Shown here in pieces: positions 9,834 to 17,804 of a stretch of 25,467 bases of DNA. Below the pieces are notes generated by a model that was not told the origin of the DNA, did not search any database, and saw only the letters and a program-made list of their open reading frames with translations. The stretch spans positions 1 to 25,467 of the forward strand of contig CAYVGZ010000010.1 in the NCBI GenBank assembly GCA_964450845.1, in the 5' to 3' direction. The position numbers were made by a program, and so were the translations under genes. Position 1 is the first letter of the stretch. Each line of letters opens with the position of its first letter. This DNA is from an uncultured Candidatus Bathyarchaeia archaeon. GTDB lineage: Archaea; Thermoproteota; Bathyarchaeia; Bathyarchaeales; Bathycorpusculaceae.

Positions 9834-10339
9834 TCGCTCTTTCTGAATCGTCGTACGATTCCGAGCAAAAAATTCGCCCTCGGAACCCTTTTTATATAGG
9901 CTTTGTAGTCATCTCCAAACTTCTCAATCGCGTTTTTGTCAGCCCTGATCAAATCAATGTATGTCAACGGAACTATAGGAATACCCAACAAGACAACAAT
10001 CCAATGTTGGAAAAGCAGCATGCCAGCAACTGCCCACAGCATGAAAGTCACGTACTGTGGGTGGCGAACAATAGAGTATATTCCAGTGTCGACAAGTTTA
10101 GTGGTATGAATGTAGCTTTTTCCTTTTTTTACTTTACCTTTTTTGCGAAACTCGATTACTGGAAGCCAGCCAAAAACTAGACCCGAAAAAAAATAAAGCC
10201 CCACTCCAACATACGCTAGAATCTCAATTTGAGACACCTCAGATAGTAAATAAATGCCAACGATGATCTGTGAGATAAAAAGAAAGGTCACGAGGGTCAC
10301 TGGAACGAAATCTATCCCAGAGAAGCTCTTCGTGGGCAT
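9830..10339 (-). CDS. ICMT/PEMT-family (isoprenylcysteine carboxyl methyltransferase-like) membrane protein
   Basis: LVDTGIYSIVRHPQY, EKFGDDYKAYIKRVPR. Clear paralog of the N-half of the next gene. Confidence 0.88.
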   Translation of the reverse strand: MPTKSFSGIDFVPVTLVTFLFISQIIVGIYLLSEVSQIEILAYVGVGLYFFSGLVFGWLPVIEFRKKGKVKKGKSYIHTTKLVDTGIYSIVRHPQYVTFMLWAVAGMLLFQHWIVVLLGIPIVPLTYIDLIRADKNAIEKFGDDYKAYIKRVPRANFLLGIVRRFRKSE

Positions 10340-10403
10340 TCTGTTTCTCCCTCATTCTCGTATTATTTGGCCTAGTTTTTATGACTTATGGGAGAACCCA
10401 AAG

Positions 10404-10430
10404 CGGGCTGGGAGAGATTTGAACCCCTCC
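10404..10430 (-). pseudogene. Degenerate tRNA 3' fragment (T-arm plus acceptor 3' strand)
   Basis: The minus strand reads GGAGGGG-TTCAAAT-CTCTC-CCAGCCC-G: T-loop, weak T stem, 7-nt acceptor strand and G discriminator. No 5' half was found nearby, so the isotype cannot be assigned. Confidence 0.6.
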
Positions 10431-10465
10431 AATAGTGGAGATGTCTCTTGCAAAAACCCATTTTT
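10431..10465 (+). repeat. 35-bp imperfect direct repeat, copy 2 (AATAGTGGAGATGTCTCTTGCAAAAACCCATTTTT)
   Basis: 31/35 identical to 8555-8589. Directly abuts the tRNA fragment. Confidence 0.85.
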
Positions 10466-10544
10466 AGTCTTTATTCAACATCGTTATTACAGCTTCATAA
10501 CCGTTAAATCGACAATGCGCCTCATTACAAAACCTGTGGTGTAA

Positions 10545-10865
10545 ATGTTGAAAGCAATCAAAGATCATAGATTGGGGGCTTTCATCTACGGTTTTCTATC
10601 CGGCTCAGGGTTGAGCATGATTATCGTTGGACTTGCCTCTATTGTCGTGTTACCCTATCTGAATTTGACAATAAACATCGGTCTCACCACGATTGGAGTT
10701 TTACTCTTTGCATGTGGTAGTTGCTGCGAAGCTTACTTGAGAGGCAGTCTCGCGGTTCCTTCAAGGGTTTACATGCAACGGCAGCAAAAGCAACCTGAAA
10801 CAGCCGATGGAATTTCAACACAAATAATAGAAAATCCAGCAGAACTCGAAGAGCAAAAAACGTAA
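10545..10865 (+). CDS. Hypothetical small membrane protein (2 TM plus polar tail)
   Basis: 106-aa ORF with two hydrophobic segments and a Q/E-rich C-terminus. No family recognised. Confidence 0.6.
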   Translation: MLKAIKDHRLGAFIYGFLSGSGLSMIIVGLASIVVLPYLNLTINIGLTTIGVLLFACGSCCEAYLRGSLAVPSRVYMQRQQKQPETADGISTQIIENPAELEEQKT

Positions 10866-11139
10866 TGTTTTATCCATTTTCATACTCTCGCCATTTTGTG
10901 GCTCATGTAAGCATCTGTAGAAAAATGGAGACAGGAAAAGCGTGATGAAGAGATAGATGGAGCCATAACTTAATCTTCTCTTTTTCTTCGTTAAACCCTA
11001 ATACAGCATTTCTGCACAGAAAAGCCTTATTTTCTCTTTCCCTTTTCTCTTTCGCATTGATATTGCGTTTCAAAACCCCGCTGTACAGAAGATGCGAAAT
11101 TCTGAATACCAAAGCATAAGTGTAAACCTAGTTTATGGA

Positions 11140-11356
11140 AAGATCATCCACGTTAAAGAACTACTAGGCCACAAAAACATCCAGAGCACCCAAATCTACA
11201 CACGCATCGAACGATCACTCTTCCTAAACGCGCCACACAGACAAATACCACGTCAAAGTCGCCAAAACACAAGAGGAAATCACACAACTACTAGAAACAG
11301 GGTTTGAATACGTACTACAAAAGGACGACCTTGCCTTCTTCCGAAAACGGAAATGA
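11140..11356 (+). pseudogene. Tyrosine recombinase/integrase C-terminal remnant, 5'-truncated and frameshifted
   Basis: KIIHVKELLGHKNIQSTQIY carries the LGH box and catalytic Tyr (codon 11197). After a +1 shift at ~11236-11240 it continues DKYHVKVAKTQEEITQLLETGFEYVLQKDDLAFFRKRK-stop. No R..K..HxxR region is visible upstream. Confidence 0.85.
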
Positions 11357-11369
11357 GAGCTATGGAAAA

Positions 11370-11389
11370 AATATTGTTTTGGAATAAAA
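11370..11389 (+). repeat. att-like direct repeat, right copy AATATTGTTTTGGAATAAAA
   Basis: Identical to 8530-8549. Confidence 0.85.
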
Positions 11390-11424
11390 AAGTAGATACT
11401 TATTGCAGTAACTGTGTCGATGAG

Positions 11425-11979
11425 TTAACGTCCTTTTCCTTGAAGGAAAACTGCTGCCGCAAGGACAGTAGTCCATAAACCATTTTTGTCGCCAGTTGCT
11501 GATTGTGTCGTGTTAGTAGTTTTGATTATTAATCCGCTAGTTTTGAATAGTTGTTTTCTTTCGTCCCAAGCGGTTTCCGGGTCAAACTGTATTCCCATGG
11601 TTGTAGCAAGCATTGTTGCAGCCAAATCTTCCGCATAATCTCCAGCAGTTTCATCAGTTTGTCCAAAAGAATGATGCTCAGAAAGATAACCATAATTATT
11701 CTTGCCTGACGGAATAGCTACACCTATTGATGTAGCGATTAACCTGTGCGGTTCGTTTGTCGCATTTCTAGCTAGAACAATGAAAGTTATTTCACCTGGC
11801 TTCAGCATTTTTAAGCCCCGTTCTCTCGAAATAAGTTTACAGCCTGATGGTACTATGCTAGAAACATTTACTATGTTGCAATGTTGGATGCCTGCGTCTC
11901 TCAAAGCTAACTCGAAAGATTGCAATTGCTCCTTGTGTTTGCCAACGCCTTTAGTTAGGAAGAAATATTTTGGAATCAT
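11425..11979 (-). CDS. pdaD: Pyruvoyl-dependent arginine decarboxylase
   Basis: [34 protein letters not shown] (Ser-Ser cleavage site), GYLSEH. Confidence 0.93.
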   Translation of the reverse strand: MIPKYFFLTKGVGKHKEQLQSFELALRDAGIQHCNIVNVSSIVPSGCKLISRERGLKMLKPGEITFIVLARNATNEPHRLIATSIGVAIPSGKNNYGYLSEHHSFGQTDETAGDYAEDLAATMLATTMGIQFDPETAWDERKQLFKTSGLIIKTTNTTQSATGDKNGLWTTVLAAAVFLQGKGR

Positions 11980-12107
11980 TTTGCTAATTCGCAATAGAAT
12001 TGACAAAATACGTTTATTAGTCTTTTTGTTTTTGAATTCATATAATTAATCCATTTACAATTTTAGCAGTAAAAACCATATATTTCCATATCTCAGGGAA
12101 GTTGCCT

Positions 12108-12509
12108 CTATCTTCTTTCAATCAGTTCTATCAAAGTCCCATCAGGGTCTTCAATAAAGGCTATCAAAGATCCAGCCGGACCAAGCCTAAAAGGCTCGTC
12201 TGTAATTGTAACATTTTCTTTCCGCATTAAAGAAATAATCCGCTCAATGTTCTCCACTTCAAAAGCTATGTGATCGAACAGTCGCTCTTCATAATCAGCT
12301 TGAATAAACTTTTTCTGTTTTCGGTAGAAAGTCAACTCAAGCTTTGCACCTTTTCCTTCTGGATCTTGAAGGAACGCGATTTCGGCGTTGTTTTGCGGTA
12401 TCTCGCGGCGACTTAGGAGTTTGAGACCCATCAGCTTTGTGTAGAAATCAATCGATTTGTCAATATTACTCGTTCGAATACTTGTATGAATGAATATCAC
12501 ATTCTTCAC
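12108..12509 (-). CDS. VOC/glyoxalase family protein (lactoylglutathione lyase-like)
   Basis: HTSIRTSNIDKSIDFYTKLMGL, LELT, DHIAFEV, FIEDPDGTLIELIE. Confidence 0.9.
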   Translation of the reverse strand: MKNVIFIHTSIRTSNIDKSIDFYTKLMGLKLLSRREIPQNNAEIAFLQDPEGKGAKLELTFYRKQKKFIQADYEERLFDHIAFEVENIERIISLMRKENVTITDEPFRLGPAGSLIAFIEDPDGTLIELIERR

Positions 12510-12553
12510 CTATCCTTATTGTTCGTGTCCTCCGTATATAGGAACAGCGCTTC

Positions 12554-13450
12554 TTAAAGGGGTTCATTCATAATCTTTAACAGGTTTTGAACAACCTTCT
12601 TTTCTTCATCCTCTAATGGCAATGCTGGCTTACGAGGGTAGCCTCCTGGCAATCCTTGCAATCTCAACGCTTCTTTGATGGCTGAAAGCTGATTATACCG
12701 TTTTACAAGCACCTCGTTAGCAAACGATACACGCTTTTGCAACGCTTTTGCCTCCTCGTATTTGCCATTTTTAAAAGTCTTATACAACTGGCTACAAAGC
12801 TTAGGAAACACGTTCGCAACAGCAATTACGGCGCCTTTGCCTCCAAGCAAAAATGTCGGTAGCGCTGCGTCTGCTGTGCCGGCTAACACTGAAATCTTGT
12901 CGCCAACCAATCTTATGACTTCTGTTATCGCGCCGATGTTTCCGCTGCTGTCTTTCAATCCAATTATCTTTTCATTTTCAGACACAAGTTGATGAATGAA
13001 AGCGGTTTCCAAAGAAAAACCAGTAAACTTTGGAACGTTGTAAACAACTATTGGAAGATCGACGGCTTCTGAGATAGTTCTATAGTGCTCGCGCATTTCT
13101 CTGTTAGTCGGTTTGAAATAGAAGGGCGTAACTATGAGCGCAGCATCCACACCCAAATCTTTTGCGTCCTTGGTGAACGCGATTGTTTCTTTAGTGCTCA
13201 TGCTTCCTGTTCCTGCAATCACTGGGATTTTTCCATTAGCCTCATCCACAACAGTTTCGATAACCTTTATTCGTTCTTGTCGAGAAAGGTATGGTGCTTC
13301 ACCGTTGCTTCCACAAGGCACTAAACCAGAAACTTCGCTTTCCAACCAGAACCTCACGCAAGCTCTAAGCGCTTTGAGGTCAAGTTCGCCTTCACGCGTA
13401 AAAGGTGTTACGTTAGGCACAAATATCCCGCTTAAAACAGGCCTCGGCAT
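12554..13450 (-). CDS. DHDPS/DapA-family class I aldolase; substrate uncertain
   Basis: PNVTPF, GSNGE, IAGTGS, YNVP, Schiff-base Lys in GLKDSSG. Confidence 0.88.
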   Translation of the reverse strand: MPRPVLSGIFVPNVTPFTREGELDLKALRACVRFWLESEVSGLVPCGSNGEAPYLSRQERIKVIETVVDEANGKIPVIAGTGSMSTKETIAFTKDAKDLGVDAALIVTPFYFKPTNREMREHYRTISEAVDLPIVVYNVPKFTGFSLETAFIHQLVSENEKIIGLKDSSGNIGAITEVIRLVGDKISVLAGTADAALPTFLLGGKGAVIAVANVFPKLCSQLYKTFKNGKYEEAKALQKRVSFANEVLVKRYNQLSAIKEALRLQGLPGGYPRKPALPLEDEEKKVVQNLLKIMNEPL

Positions 13451-13557
13451 ATCGTTACGCTCAAGATTTTAAGGTGCAAGCGTTGGTATATAAGTATGCA
13501 ATTTCGAACGTTTCCTTGTTTAACATTACTTAGGCGAGGGAAAAGAATAACAAAGCT

Positions 13558-13576
13558 TCACATATAATCTATGTGA
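13558..13576. promoter_or_regulatory. Palindrome TCACATA-TAATC-TATGTGA upstream of cdc6, candidate operator
   Basis: Perfect 7-bp inverted repeat ending 10 bp before the GTG start. Confidence 0.45.
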
Positions 13577-13586
13577 GGTTAGTTAA

Positions 13587-14771
13587 GTGCCACAGTACCG
13601 AAGCCTATTCAAGGACGAAACAAAACTTGACATCAGTTACATTCCTAACAGGCTTCCCCACAGAGACGGGGAACTGCGTTTGCTAAAGGAGTTTTTCAGT
13701 TTTACGTTGCAGTTTCCAGCAAAAATGGCTCAAAGGGTTATCATAACTGGCGATGTTGGCACAGGCAAAACTGTGCTTTCTCAACGTTTCGGAGTTGACA
13801 TCACCCACGAAGCTAATAAGCTTGGAACAAATCTCCGCTACGTTCATGTTAATTGCCGCGAATACCGCGGAAGCCTCTTCCTCATACTATATCACATAGT
13901 TTCCGTGTTTCATCCAACTTTTCCGAGACGCGGCTACTCTGCTGAGGAGCTTTTGCGTATTCTCTTACAGATTTTAGATGAGGAGAACGTGTATGTAATC
14001 TTGGCTTTGGACGAGTTTGAAAGCCTTGTTGAACAGGAAGGCTCAGAAGCTGTTTATAAGCTTACGCGGTTACAGGAAATAAGACAGAATAAGCCCCAAA
14101 GACTTTCGCTTATATGCATTTTACGAAACCTAAAAGCAATTGAACAGTTAGATGCCAGCACAAGAAGCACCTTACAATCCAACATCATAAATCTAATGAA
14201 ATATTCAAAACAGCAACTTATAGACATTCTTAACGACCGTGTTTCACTTGCCTTTAAATCGTTAACTGTGCCAGAAGATACCATAAGTCTAACTGCTGAA
14301 ATTGCTTTTTCTGAGGGTGGAAACGCTCGCTTCGGCATTGAGTTGCTGTGGCGGGCTGGGAAATATGCAGACGCTGAGGATTTAGACGTTGTAGCGCCGG
14401 AATGTGTTCGAAAAGCTGTTTCAAGCATAATTCCAACGATGCGGAAAAGCGATTTAGCTTCGTTAAGTTTTCATGAAAAACTCTTCTTGCTAGGCATAGC
14501 CAGAATCTTCAAGGAAAGCCAAAAGGCTTACGTTTCTCTCACAGATGCTGAACAATCTTATGCTGTTGTATGCGAAGAATTTGACATGAAACCCCACAGC
14601 CATACACAACTGTGGAAATATTTGCAGACCCTTTCAGATGTGGGTATTGTTGAAACTGAGGTTTCAGTGGCTGGCAATCGTGGAAGATCAACGCTTATTT
14701 ATTTGCCCAGAATTCCAATCCTCGAATTGGAGAAGGAATTAAGTGGGCTCTTAGAAAAGGAAGAGGCGTGA
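13587..14771 (+). CDS. cdc6: Orc1/Cdc6 family AAA+ replication initiator
   Basis: YIPNRLPHRD, Walker A GDVGTGKT, YVHVNC, Walker B LALDEFE, GNARFGIELL, C-terminal wHTH ending GNRGRST. Confidence 0.93.
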   Translation: MPQYRSLFKDETKLDISYIPNRLPHRDGELRLLKEFFSFTLQFPAKMAQRVIITGDVGTGKTVLSQRFGVDITHEANKLGTNLRYVHVNCREYRGSLFLILYHIVSVFHPTFPRRGYSAEELLRILLQILDEENVYVILALDEFESLVEQEGSEAVYKLTRLQEIRQNKPQRLSLICILRNLKAIEQLDASTRSTLQSNIINLMKYSKQQLIDILNDRVSLAFKSLTVPEDTISLTAEIAFSEGGNARFGIELLWRAGKYADAEDLDVVAPECVRKAVSSIIPTMRKSDLASLSFHEKLFLLGIARIFKESQKAYVSLTDAEQSYAVVCEEFDMKPHSHTQLWKYLQTLSDVGIVETEVSVAGNRGRSTLIYLPRIPILELEKELSGLLEKEEA

Positions 14772-14778
14772 AGATGCT

Positions 14779-15051
14779 ATGGGTGTGGAGGATGTTTTCT
14801 CTTCAAAGCTGAGAATAAAAATTCTTAAAATGTTAATGCAGGTGGGTGAACTTAATGTTTCCGAAATTGCCCGCAGGCTTAGTGTTAACTATAATACGAC
14901 AAGTAAGCACTTGAAAGTTTTGGAAGATGAAGGCATACTTCAGCATAAAGTGTTTGGGAGAATCCGCTTATACAGATTTAATGAACATTCACCTAAGGCT
15001 AAGGGTGTGCAAAATCTCATAGAAGCTTGGGAACACGCAAATAAGCAATAG
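14779..15051 (+). CDS. ArsR-like winged HTH transcriptional regulator
   Basis: RIKILKML...LNVSEIARRL...TSKHLKVLEDEGIL...GRIRLY. Confidence 0.88.
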   Translation: MGVEDVFSSKLRIKILKMLMQVGELNVSEIARRLSVNYNTTSKHLKVLEDEGILQHKVFGRIRLYRFNEHSPKAKGVQNLIEAWEHANKQ

Positions 15052-15070
15052 GGTGTATTAGTTTCATTAT

Positions 15071-15802
15071 GTGTGGTGCGAAATTTTGATTAAAGAGGAG
15101 TTTGATGGGAAAATAGGTGAATTCGAAGAGGTTTTGCAGAAGGTTGCAAGCGACATAGCCAGCGGTGCGCTCTTCGAAAAGTTTCCTCCTTCAGAGTTGC
15201 TGAAAAAAACTGAAAATTACGTTAACCGCCTAAGTGATTTGGCAATAAGTAGTGAAGAGCTCATGCTTGTTCTTAAACCAGAAAAGGCTTACTCAATCAA
15301 GTCTATGTGCAAAAACCTAACGCAAACTCTTGCAACTTTTAAGGAGATTCTCCTTCAGAACACATCAGACCCTCTTGCAAATTCTCGTTTAGCCTTTGAA
15401 CAATTAAGAAAAGCCTTGACAGACGGTTCAGATTTTCTTTTTTTAATGCGAGAGGTCAGGGAAAATCCTTCCCCGCTTATAAACGCGATACTTACCTACA
15501 AAAAAACCTCTGAAACAAAAGGTTCAGTCATAAGCATACAAGCTAAAGAAGATGTTCAACCTCTCATAAAGTATGTTTTAAGTCGCATAGACGATTTTAG
15601 AGCAGTACTAATTGGCTTAGAAAAGAAAGTGGATGAAATGAAACAGATTATGCGTGAACTGCAAGAAGAAAGCCTAAAAATCCTTTCCAACAAGACTTCC
15701 GCGCAATCCAAAACAGTTGAAAACAAAACGGAAAATAAGCAGCTCTCCCTCTCAAACTTCAAAATTGAAGAAAGTGAGGAGAAAAGGCATGGCAATGGTT
15801 GA
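15071..15802 (+). CDS. Hypothetical helical/coiled-coil protein with a C-terminal PIP-box-like motif
   Basis: 243-aa ORF filling the operon gap. Heptad-like LIGLEKKVDEMKQIMRELQEE, then a polar linker and QLSLSNF. Start uncertain. Confidence 0.75.
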   Translation: MWCEILIKEEFDGKIGEFEEVLQKVASDIASGALFEKFPPSELLKKTENYVNRLSDLAISSEELMLVLKPEKAYSIKSMCKNLTQTLATFKEILLQNTSDPLANSRLAFEQLRKALTDGSDFLFLMREVRENPSPLINAILTYKKTSETKGSVISIQAKEDVQPLIKYVLSRIDDFRAVLIGLEKKVDEMKQIMRELQEESLKILSNKTSAQSKTVENKTENKQLSLSNFKIEESEEKRHGNG

Positions 15803-16256
15803 CATATCTGACAAACCCGAAGCTTTTCGTGAAGCAACTGCAACAGGAACTATTAAGCTCAAACCTGAAACCATAAGCTTGATCAACAAGGGAAAAATTG
15901 CGAAAGGAGACCCGTTACAAACAGCGAAAATTGCAGGGATTTTAGCCGCTAAAAAAACAAGCACACTTATTCCGCTTTGTCATCCACTGTCATTAACAAA
16001 CGTAGAAGTCGAAACAAAAGTCTTAGACAAGTCCACGGTGCAAGTTACATCCACTGTTAAGACGAATGCTCAAACTGGGGTTGAAATGGAAGCCCTTGTT
16101 GCAACCGCTGTTAGCCTTTTGACAATTTGGGACATGGTTAAACAATATGAAAAAGATGTGAAGGGTCAATATCCATTCACAGCCATAGAAAACATTCGTG
16201 TTGTTAAAAAGATTAAAGAGGTCAATCGTGGTGAGCGAAAGCGCAAAAAGGCATAG
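15789..16256 (+). CDS. moaC: Cyclic pyranopterin monophosphate synthase
   Basis: MVDISDK, KGDPL, LIPLCHP, TGVEMEAL, WDMVK. Confidence 0.96.
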   Translation: MAMVDISDKPEAFREATATGTIKLKPETISLINKGKIAKGDPLQTAKIAGILAAKKTSTLIPLCHPLSLTNVEVETKVLDKSTVQVTSTVKTNAQTGVEMEALVATAVSLLTIWDMVKQYEKDVKGQYPFTAIENIRVVKKIKEVNRGERKRKKA

Positions 16257-16761
16257 GGCTGAGGCTCCTAAAAGGCTGAACTTCGGCATTTTCGTATGTA
16301 GTACGTCTCGCTTTCGGAAAATGGAAAAAGGCGAGCAAGTGGAAGATGTTTCCGGCGACTTAATTGAAGAGTTTCTGAAAAATGCTGGACACACGATAGC
16401 TTTCAGAAAGTTGATTCCAGATGATAAAACTTTAATTGAAGAAGGCATACGGCAAGCTTTAGCTTCTGCTGATTTAGATGCTGTTGTTTTCTGCGGTGGC
16501 ACTGGCGTAGCCCCATCTGACATCACTATAGAAACTGTTTCACCATTCTTTGAGAAAGTTCTGCCAGGATTCGGCGAGATTTTTAGGCGTTTAAGCTTTG
16601 AAGTGATTGGTTCTGCAGCAGTTTTATCTCGCGCAATTGCTGGAGTATCGAAAGGTAAAGTCTTTTTCTGTATTCCAGGCTCTCCTGACGCTGTGAAGCT
16701 TTGTTTTGAAAAGCTTATATTGTCGGAAGCTGCTCACATCGTTAAGCATGCACGGGAATAA
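16231..16761 (+). CDS. moaB: Molybdopterin adenylyltransferase, MoaB/MogA family
   Basis: DVSG, IPDD, GGTGVAPSDITIE, LPGFGEIFR, CIPGSP. GTG 16231 chosen as start. Confidence 0.92.
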   Translation: MSESAKRHRAEAPKRLNFGIFVCSTSRFRKMEKGEQVEDVSGDLIEEFLKNAGHTIAFRKLIPDDKTLIEEGIRQALASADLDAVVFCGGTGVAPSDITIETVSPFFEKVLPGFGEIFRRLSFEVIGSAAVLSRAIAGVSKGKVFFCIPGSPDAVKLCFEKLILSEAAHIVKHARE

Positions 16762-16763
16762 CG

Positions 16764-17693
16764 ATGGTATTAAGAGACAGTTATGGACGCCCATTATTTA
16801 ACTTGCGTGTGGCAATAACACGACGTTGCAATTTGCATTGCCAATACTGCCATTTAGAAGGCGAAGAAAGGTCTACAGAGAGTTTTGCGGGTGAAATGAC
16901 AGTTGATGAAATTGTCCGCATTGTGAGAGTTGCTGTTGGATTGGGAATTTCCAGGGTTAAGCTGACTGGTGGAGAACCTCTCATGCGAAAGGACATTACG
17001 GAAATCGTCAAAGGTATTGGAGCCATACCTGGCTTGGCAGACCTTTCTATGACAACTAATGGAACGATGCTTGGTTCTTTGGCTGAAGAATTGCATGCAA
17101 ACGGCTTGAAACGTGTGAACATTAGCCTTCCAACATTGAATGGCGAAGTTTACAACAAGTTAACTGGCGGAAGATTAGAAGGCGTTTTGGAAAGTGTTAG
17201 GGCTGCCGTTGAAGTTGGACTTTATCCCGTTAAACTTAACATGCTTATTTTGAAAGGGGTAAACGACGATGCTGTTCCAGAAATGGTTACATTTGCCAGA
17301 GAAACTGGAACAATTTTGCAGCTAATCGAGCTTGAGCCAATAAACATAAGCGGCACATATTACTCGGTGCACCATAAATCGTTGGACGAATATGAAGAAA
17401 TGTTGAGGCAAAAAGCAGTGAAAGTTGAAACTAGGCAGTACATGCAAAGTCGCCGCATCTACTATTTGCCGAATGCCACAGTTGAAGTTGTGCATCCAAT
17501 AGAGAACACTGATTTTTGCATGCGTTGCACACGCTTACGCGTGACAAGCGATGGAAAATTGAAACCGTGTTTAATGAGGAATGACAATCTCGTGGACATT
17601 TTGACGCCTATGAGAAATGGAGCTGAAGACCAAGAACTAGTAGAACTGTTTGAACTGGCAAATCAGAAAAGACGACCGTACAACAAAGAATAA
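16764..17693 (+). CDS. moaA: GTP 3',8-cyclase (radical SAM)
   Basis: DSYGRP, CNLHCQYC, LTGGEPL, TTNG, second cluster FCMRCTRLRVTSDGKLKPCL. Confidence 0.97.
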   Translation: MVLRDSYGRPLFNLRVAITRRCNLHCQYCHLEGEERSTESFAGEMTVDEIVRIVRVAVGLGISRVKLTGGEPLMRKDITEIVKGIGAIPGLADLSMTTNGTMLGSLAEELHANGLKRVNISLPTLNGEVYNKLTGGRLEGVLESVRAAVEVGLYPVKLNMLILKGVNDDAVPEMVTFARETGTILQLIELEPINISGTYYSVHHKSLDEYEEMLRQKAVKVETRQYMQSRRIYYLPNATVEVVHPIENTDFCMRCTRLRVTSDGKLKPCLMRNDNLVDILTPMRNGAEDQELVELFELANQKRRPYNKE

Positions 17694-17804
17694 ATACGCA
17701 TAGTGGCACTTCAATTGCTGATATTTTATGTTTGAAGACAAAAGAATCAATCTGAGATTAGCAGAAAAAAGAAGACGTGTCTCTGCTGGTGGAATCGTCT
17801 AACA

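Noticed and set aside
8555-10465. CRISPR repeat or integron attC interpretation of the 35-bp repeat
   Set aside because: Only two copies 1.9 kb apart, no spacer array or cas genes, and no RYYYAAC/GTTRRRY ends.
10903-11112. 69-aa minus-strand ORF in the island
   Set aside because: No recognisable motif and low-complexity purine-rich sequence; probably decayed DNA.
13451-13586. Replication origin next to cdc6
   Set aside because: No ORB-like TTCCAG-TGGAA...GGGG repeats are visible, and the gap is only 136 bp.
15717-15788. N-terminal extension of MoaC in the ORF track
   Set aside because: It overlaps the upstream gene's coding tail; conserved MoaC sequence starts at ATG 15789.
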